The notes beneath the pieces were generated by a model, which was given only the letters and a program-made list of their open reading frames with translations, had not been told where the DNA came from and did no database searches. A stretch of 64,000 nt of DNA from Pseudomonadota bacterium. Its GTDB lineage: Bacteria > Pseudomonadota > Gammaproteobacteria > Burkholderiales > Thiobacillaceae. Made by a program: the position numbers and the translations under genes. The stretch covers positions 880 through 64,879 of the forward strand of contig JAUYET010000075.1 of assembly GCA_030691265.1 (NCBI GenBank), in the 5' to 3' direction. Of this stretch, positions 58,520 to 64,000 are shown one piece after another; positions within the stretch are counted from its first letter, which is position 1, and every line of letters begins with the position of its first letter.

Positions 58520-58987
58520 ATGAACCAACAAATCTGGAAACCCCACGTCGTCGTCGCCGCCGTCATCGAACAGGATGGCAAGTTCCTGCTGGTCGAAGAA
58601 CACACCGACGACGGCATCAAGTTCAACCAGCCGGCCGGGCATCTGGAAGAGGGGGAATCCCTGCTCGATGCGGTGCGGCGCGAGGCGTTCGAGGAAACCG
58701 CGCATCACTTCGAGCCGGAGGCCTTGTTGGGCATCTATCGTTGGCGGCATCCGGCCAAGCCGGAGCGGACTTATTTGCGTTTTGCGTTTACCGGACAGAT
58801 CACCGGTTTCGATCCGACTTCGCCTTTGGACGAGGGCATCTTGCGCGCGGTCTGGATGTCTCCCGATGAGATTGCAGAGACGCGCCATCGCCATCGCAGC
58901 CCGTTGTTGCAGCAATGCGTGGCGGACTATCTGGCTGGCCGGCGCTATGAACTGGATTTGCTGACCGACTTCGCGGACGCGTTTTGA
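58520..58987 (+). CDS. NUDIX hydrolase
   Basis: Nudix box [21 protein letters not shown]. Sits upstream of mnmA, as in many proteobacteria. Confidence 0.8.
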   Translation: MNQQIWKPHVVVAAVIEQDGKFLLVEEHTDDGIKFNQPAGHLEEGESLLDAVRREAFEETAHHFEPEALLGIYRWRHPAKPERTYLRFAFTGQITGFDPTSPLDEGILRAVWMSPDEIAETRHRHRSPLLQQCVADYLAGRRYELDLLTDFADAF

Positions 58988-58997
58988 GTCGAACTTC

Positions 58998-60083
58998 ATG
59001 AGCAAGATCGTGGTCGGCCTTTCCGGCGGCGTCGATTCCGCCGTGACCGCCTGGTTGTTGAAGCAGGCCGGGCACGAGGTGGTCGGCGTGTTCATGAAGA
59101 ACTGGGAAGCCGACGATCTGGAGGACGATTGCCCGATCGCGCAGGATTACCGCGACGTGCTGGCCATCGCCGAAGTGCTCGGCATCGAGGTGGCGCTGGT
59201 CAACTTCAGCCGCGAATATCAGGACCGGGTGTTCGCCTACTTTCTGGCCGAATACCAGGCCGGGCGCACCCCCAATCCGGACGTGCTGTGCAATGCCGAG
59301 ATCAAGTTCAAGTCGTTTCTCGATCACGCCTTGACGCTGGGCGCGGACTTCATCGCTACCGGCCATTACGCCCGCCTGGACGGCGATGCGCCAGAACGGC
59401 GTCTGTTGAAAGCGGCGGATGCCAACAAGGATCAGAGTTATTTTCTGTATCGCCTGCAACAACACCAGATCGCGCGTGCGCTGTTTCCGCTCGGCGAACT
59501 GCCGAAGCCGCAAGTGCGGGAACTGGCGCGGCAGGCGCATATTCCGGTGGCGGAAAAGAAAGACAGCACCGGCATCTGCTTCATCGGCGAGCGGCCGTTT
59601 CGCGAGTTTCTACAGCGCTATATGCCGCTCCAGCCCGGCGACATGGTGACGCCGGAAGGCAAGCTGATGGGCCGGCATCAAGGCTTGATGTTTCACACGC
59701 TGGGACAACGCAAAGGCCTGGGCATCGGCGGCGTGAAAGATGCAGAAGAGGGCGAGCCGTGGTTCGTCGCCGGCAAGAATCTGGCACGCAACGAACTCAT
59801 CGTGGTGCAAGGGCATGAGCATCCGCTGCTGCTATCGACAATGCTGCATGCGGCTGATCTGAGCTGGATCGGTGTATCGCCCGAAGCAGGCAGGCGTTAC
59901 ACCGCGAAGACGCGTTACCGACAGCAAGACGCCGCGTGCGAGGTACAGGCGCTGACAGGCGAGAGCATGACTTTGTGTTTCGAGCAGCCGCAGTGGGCGG
60001 TGACGCCCGGCCAGTCGGTGGTGCTCTATGACGGCGATATTTGCCTGGGCGGCGGCGTCATCCAGGCTGGTGGCTGTTTGTAG
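58998..60083 (+). CDS. mnmA: tRNA 2-thiouridine(34) synthase MnmA
   Basis: [14 protein letters not shown]-loop, CNAEIKF, DQSYFL motifs. Confidence 0.9.
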   Translation: MSKIVVGLSGGVDSAVTAWLLKQAGHEVVGVFMKNWEADDLEDDCPIAQDYRDVLAIAEVLGIEVALVNFSREYQDRVFAYFLAEYQAGRTPNPDVLCNAEIKFKSFLDHALTLGADFIATGHYARLDGDAPERRLLKAADANKDQSYFLYRLQQHQIARALFPLGELPKPQVRELARQAHIPVAEKKDSTGICFIGERPFREFLQRYMPLQPGDMVTPEGKLMGRHQGLMFHTLGQRKGLGIGGVKDAEEGEPWFVAGKNLARNELIVVQGHEHPLLLSTMLHAADLSWIGVSPEAGRRYTAKTRYRQQDAACEVQALTGESMTLCFEQPQWAVTPGQSVVLYDGDICLGGGVIQAGGCL

Positions 60084-60122
60084 TCAGCTATAGCCAAAGA
60101 AACGGGGCCACTCGGAAGCTGA

Positions 60123-60203
60123 GTAGGATGTGGTGAGCAACGCGAACCGCATCAACCGCGCAGCACGTCGAAATGATGCGGTTCGTACCTCACCACATCC
60201 TAC
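60123..60203. repeat. REP pair (gtaggatgtggtgag..cgaaccgcatca family)
   Basis: Palindrome downstream of mnmA, followed at 60222-60250 by a solitary half-REP of the gtaggttgggcaaagc family. Confidence 0.75.
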
Positions 60204-60260
60204 GGATCTGATTTGAGTGACGTAGGTTGGGCAAAGCGAAGCGTGCCCAAGCCCGCTGCC

Positions 60261-61256
60261 TCAGCTCGTTGCGAATTCGATGATGATGGTTTTGAGTTCG
60301 CGCTTGAGCAGCTTCTCGGCCTCGATCAGCACCCGTTTGCGGGCGGTGGTCGCGTTCTGTGCGGCAGCTTTGATGGGCCAGGTTTTGCTGCCTCGAACAC
60401 GCCCGGACTCTTTTTCGATCAGCGCGATTTCGAGCGTGCCACGCATCCAGTTCCAGTTATCACGACGACCCAGGTCGTCGAGGTTCAGCTTGCCGACCAG
60501 GACAAAGTCGGCCTTGGCCGCGCCCTGTGCCAGAAACCCGGAGGCGGCGAGCCCGCCCTTGAGGATGGAGGCGAATTCAGCGACGCCGCCATCTTCCTCG
60601 ACCGCCGACGATACCTTGACCTCTTTGATGGCGTCGTCAAGCTGGCTGCGGATCACGGTTTGCGGTATCGCCGCCTCGACGCCGCGTCCGCTCGGGTCGA
60701 TGGCTTTGAGGGAGGCCTGGAATCCATCTCGCTTGGTGGCGGTTTCCATGGCACGCGCCAGGGCGCCGATCTTGAGCAGCGGATCTGTCGCGGTCTTGGC
60801 TTTGTCCATTTCGAGTTGCACGGCGGTGTCGATCTTGCCGATCTCTTCCTTCAGACTCGCCGCCGCCTGGGCGCGGGACAGCACCGCCAGGGCGTGAAAA
60901 TCGCTGGTCTCAGGGTCGCGCCACACGTCGGCGATGTTGATGCCGCCGATCACCTTGTCGGTCTTGGTGGAAACCGTCTGGGTGGACACCTTGCTAACCT
61001 GTTCCCCCTTGCCGGTCCTGGTCACCGTGGTGTTGCTTCCCGTCGCCACTTCGACGCGCACTTCGAAAATGGCGACCAGATCACCGCGCGCGCGGTCCTG
61101 CGCTTCCGTGGCGGTTGAACCGATTCCGCGACCGATCAGGTAGGCCGAATTCGGATATTTTTTGGGAGCGGCGCTGATCCAGTCAGGTGACGCGGCCACG
61201 GCCAGCGTGTTCGCAACGAGCGCAAACACGACCATGAGCAACTTTAAAATCGGCAT
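60261..61256 (-). CDS. LPP20-like lipoprotein/periplasmic protein
   Basis: Signal peptide. YLIGRGIGSTATEAQDRARGDLVAIFEVRVEV resembles the LPP20 pattern. Last gene of the lpoB operon. Confidence 0.45.
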   Translation of the reverse strand: MPILKLLMVVFALVANTLAVAASPDWISAAPKKYPNSAYLIGRGIGSTATEAQDRARGDLVAIFEVRVEVATGSNTTVTRTGKGEQVSKVSTQTVSTKTDKVIGGINIADVWRDPETSDFHALAVLSRAQAAASLKEEIGKIDTAVQLEMDKAKTATDPLLKIGALARAMETATKRDGFQASLKAIDPSGRGVEAAIPQTVIRSQLDDAIKEVKVSSAVEEDGGVAEFASILKGGLAASGFLAQGAAKADFVLVGKLNLDDLGRRDNWNWMRGTLEIALIEKESGRVRGSKTWPIKAAAQNATTARKRVLIEAEKLLKRELKTIIIEFATS

Positions 61257-61313
61257 TCTCAGTCTCCGTGGTTAGGGGCCGGAACGAATAACCTGAACGT
61301 TCTGGTTATTCAT

Positions 61314-61454
61314 CCTAAAAACCGCAGTTGAAGCGCTTGTAGGTGCGAATTTATTCGCACAATCAAGGACTTCGGTGCGAATAAATTCGCACCTACAGAT
61401 ATCTCGCAACACATTGAATCGTAATAAATTTATCTGTCAACTGAGGTTTTCAGG
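61314..61454. mobile_element. 141-bp MITE, copy C
   Basis: Same TIRs and internal palindrome. Flanked by the 5-bp direct repeat TTCAT (61309-61313 and 61455-61459). Confidence 0.85.
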
Positions 61455-61499
61455 TTCATTCACGACCCCTTTGCTCCAACCGCCAGGGCGGCTGGAGGG

Positions 61500-62864
61500 T
61501 CACAAGTAATAGTCGGAAATGAAGGTCTTGCGTGCGGGGCCGACCTGAACGCCCTTGAATTCACGTGTGCTCAGAAGCGTGCCGTTGGCGCCGTAGTAGG
61601 TCACCTTCAGGTCGTGTGACCCCGGCGGCAGGTTCAGTCGCGCCAGCTGGATGTTGCCAGGCAGCAGCGACCAGGTGCGTGTGTCGGCTTTTTCGGAGAC
61701 GATGTTGGCAATGTCCATGGCAGCGCCGAAAAGCGACATCAGGGCGCCGGCCTGTGAGCCGGCGCTGGCGGAGCGGCTTTGTTTCTTGGCCTCGGCTGCA
61801 ATTGCGTTCTTGGCCACCAGACGGAGCACGGCCCGCGCCTGAATGCCGGGCAATCTCGCTTCGAGGCTCTTCCTGGCCAGCGCATTGATGTCTTCCACGA
61901 CTTCGGACCTTGCCGACTGGGCGCCGCTGGAAATTTCCATCCGCGTCACGGGCGTCGGTCGCTCGACGAACTTGGGCAGAGCGATACGCAGCAGGGCGCT
62001 GCCATGAGAGGGTTGCGGATTGGGCAACTGAATGATGTTCTCGCCCAGGGACGGGCCGAGGCCGTTGTGCAGGAAGAAGACCACCTCGCCCTTGTCTTCC
62101 GTGGCTGAGGATTGAGCTTGATCGCGTGACGAAGATTTGCCCCTGCGCGTCGGAGATTTGAGTTCGATGCGAGAGAGATCGGTTTTCAAGGCCGCAGGCG
62201 CACCGCAACAGGTGAACTTGCTTTCTGATTCATAGCCTTCCAGTGCCTTGGTGTACTCGATCCGGGCTGAATCCATCTCACCCACGCCTTCGTACACCAT
62301 GCCATTCAGGTAACGCACAAAGGCGCCGGACAGAAACTTGGCTTCGGGGTACTTCTCGGTAATCAGGCGGTGCTTGATGTCGAATTGCCGGGCTTCGACT
62401 GCCGCGGCGTCAAAATCGCCCAACTGCAGGTAATTGAGCGATTTAAAGGCGTAAACGAGCAACTGTTCGTTGCCATCGCCCGTGTAGGCCTTGACCGAGT
62501 CATTGACGACGCCGGACCCGACTTGCTCCACCACGCTGATCGCCGACAACTTGTCCATCAAGCCTTTTGCGGCGTCGAACTCCGCGTTGGAGGCGGTGTA
62601 ATCGGCTTGCATACGCAGGAGGGAGCCCCGATTCAGATGCTTCAGCGTCTGGTGAGCGGAGGTCATGTCGGTTTTGTGAAACTCGTCCAGTGCTTTGATG
62701 GCGCCTGGGATGTTGCGTGCCGCGGCTTGCTGCTCGATAGAACGGAAGCCTTCGCTGTGAGTGGCGCAGCCCTGTATGCCGACTAACGCAAACAGCGCCA
62801 GCAGGCCGACGAATAGCCGGCCATAGCCGCCCGATTGTTTGGGGTCAGAAACGGAACTTTGCAT
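61500..62864 (-). CDS. COG3014-like TPR lipoprotein
   Basis: Lipobox GIQGC and TPR-like helices. Overlaps the lpoB 3' end by 20 nt. Confidence 0.45.
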   Translation of the reverse strand: MQSSVSDPKQSGGYGRLFVGLLALFALVGIQGCATHSEGFRSIEQQAAARNIPGAIKALDEFHKTDMTSAHQTLKHLNRGSLLRMQADYTASNAEFDAAKGLMDKLSAISVVEQVGSGVVNDSVKAYTGDGNEQLLVYAFKSLNYLQLGDFDAAAVEARQFDIKHRLITEKYPEAKFLSGAFVRYLNGMVYEGVGEMDSARIEYTKALEGYESESKFTCCGAPAALKTDLSRIELKSPTRRGKSSSRDQAQSSATEDKGEVVFFLHNGLGPSLGENIIQLPNPQPSHGSALLRIALPKFVERPTPVTRMEISSGAQSARSEVVEDINALARKSLEARLPGIQARAVLRLVAKNAIAAEAKKQSRSASAGSQAGALMSLFGAAMDIANIVSEKADTRTWSLLPGNIQLARLNLPPGSHDLKVTYYGANGTLLSTREFKGVQVGPARKTFISDYYL

Positions 62865-63450
62865 TCTGCACTTCCTTCTTCAGTTTCTTCTGACCGGTCC
62901 ACACCTTTTCGTTGTTCGTCAGGTTAACCAGGGTCAGATCGACCTGATAGAAGCGCACCTGCTCGCGCCCGGAGGCGTCGATGATGGTGTTGATGGACCC
63001 CATCAGCATGTAGTCGGCGCCGGTTTCCTTGCCCATTTCCTTGCGCGTTTCTTCGCGACCGTGGAGATCCATGTCGGAGCGTTCGGAACGGACGTTCTCG
63101 CGCTCGTTCTTCGAGGCGACGACCCTGACGTCACCCGAGTTGACGTATGCCCGCTCCAGGTCGTTTACGAAGGTGCGGGTATTGATATGTTCATGCGACA
63201 GATTGCGCACCGAGCTGACGATGACCACCGGCTCATTCTTGTGCGCCGAGCGATGACGCTTGAGCCAGCCGCCAGAGAGCGAGTCGCGAATCATCTCTTC
63301 CGACACCAGGCGTGAATCGGTGTCGTTCCAGGCGCCGGACAGATCCTTGACCTCTTCCACGCCGACTCGCTTCACCTGGGTTGCACAACCGGACAAACCC
63401 ACTGCGGCCACAGCCGCCGCCAAAACCCATACCTGGTACTTACTGGACAT
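62845..63450 (-). CDS. lpoB: Penicillin-binding protein activator LpoB
   Basis: Lipobox GLSGC, GAWNDTDSRLV, and GADYMLMGSINTI...FYQVDLTLVNLTNNEKVW pattern. Confidence 0.7.
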   Translation of the reverse strand: MSSKYQVWVLAAAVAAVGLSGCATQVKRVGVEEVKDLSGAWNDTDSRLVSEEMIRDSLSGGWLKRHRSAHKNEPVVIVSSVRNLSHEHINTRTFVNDLERAYVNSGDVRVVASKNERENVRSERSDMDLHGREETRKEMGKETGADYMLMGSINTIIDASGREQVRFYQVDLTLVNLTNNEKVWTGQKKLKKEVQNAKFRF

Positions 63451-63765
63451 AGAGCGATACCTTGTCAGAGATGAAAACGAATGAATACGGGGCAGTTGAG
63501 ACGCCCCACGGCGAATAATCATGATCGGCTTGCGTGGATGCCTAACTAACCCGGGCCAAGTAGAGCAGGAAAACCAACTCCGGCAGGAAGGTATCTTGGC
63601 TGATTTGTTTCCGTCAACCGGGATTTGACCGAATTTCAGTCGGTGCTACGTCCTGCGCTGATTTTCTTGTGGAGTAGTTCTATCAAATCCCTCAGTGCAC
63701 CGCGTGCCAGAAATAACGGAAACCGTTGTTGTCGATGCGATCGCCCGGGATCGCTACAGCGACAT

Positions 63766-63999
63766 CTACGCCACGCAATCGACGAAATAGCGCATATGGC
63801 TGTTGGCTTTTTCTTTCACCAGGCCATGCACGTCGGTTTCGAAGCCGGGGAATTTCTCGTTGAATTCGCGGGTGAATTTCAGGTAGCGCACGATGGTCGC
63901 GTTGAAGCGCTCGCCGGGGATCAGCAGCGGGATGCCGGGCGGGTAGGGGGTCAGCAGGATGGAGGTGATGCGGCCTTCCAGATCGTCGATTTCGACCCG
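63766..63999 (-). CDS. C-terminal 77 codons of an Orn/Lys/Arg decarboxylase (5' end outside the window)
   Basis: My own reverse-strand translation gives ...TPYPPGIPLLIPGERFN..IVRYLKFTREFNEKFPGFETDVHGL..., which matches the OKR_DC_1 C-terminal region. Stop at 63766-63768. Confidence 0.65.
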   Translation of the reverse strand, partial: RVEIDDLEGRITSILLTPYPPGIPLLIPGERFNATIVRYLKFTREFNEKFPGFETDVHGLVKEKANSHMRYFVDCVA

Positions 64000-64000
64000 T

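Overview
GC-rich (~64%) chromosomal segment, probably from a betaproteobacterium (a low-confidence guess from gene content and synteny). About 60 protein genes; I found no rRNA, tRNA or CRISPR. In order: (1) 1-6.2 kb, a chaperone/usher-type fimbrial cluster with DUF4402/SCPU-like subunits, a PapD-like chaperone and, convergently, an usher-like outer-membrane protein that ends in a SPOR peptidoglycan-binding domain. (2) 7.3-15.2 kb, housekeeping genes (thioredoxin, hda, nadA, mscL, OmpA/TSP3 protein, ubiE, yggX, trmL). (3) 15.3-31.7 kb, a complete MSHA-type type IV pilus cluster (mshE, mshG, five prepilin-like genes, mshP, mshQ, mshI/J/K/L/M/N). A RelE/HTH toxin-antitoxin cassette flanked by direct repeats sits between mshO and mshP, and REP hairpins fill five intergenic gaps. 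(4) 31.8-51.3 kb, housekeeping genes (gshA, gshB, apbE, DinB-family, TlpA-like, THUMP RNA methyltransferase, metF, a two-component pair, relA, bamD, rluD, pgeF, ZIP transporter, rimO). (5) 51.3-58.4 kb is the most unusual part. It is a tightly coupled operon encoding a ~860-aa TPR-like protein, a J-like protein whose HPD motif is replaced by PPE, a GrpE-like protein, an Hsp70-family ATPase and a zinc-ribbon protein, followed directly by a DinD N-terminal fragment and a KilA-N gene. (6) 58.5-64 kb, nudix, mnmA, an LpoB/COG3014-like/LPP20-like lipoprotein operon and the 3' end of an Orn/Lys/Arg decarboxylase gene. The window is dense in small repeats: several GTAG-headed REP families, a 141-bp MITE present three times with 5-bp target-site duplications, a single 143-bp MITE with an 8-bp duplication, and nested palindromic elements. 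All family assignments come from motif recognition by eye and need HMM or BLAST confirmation.
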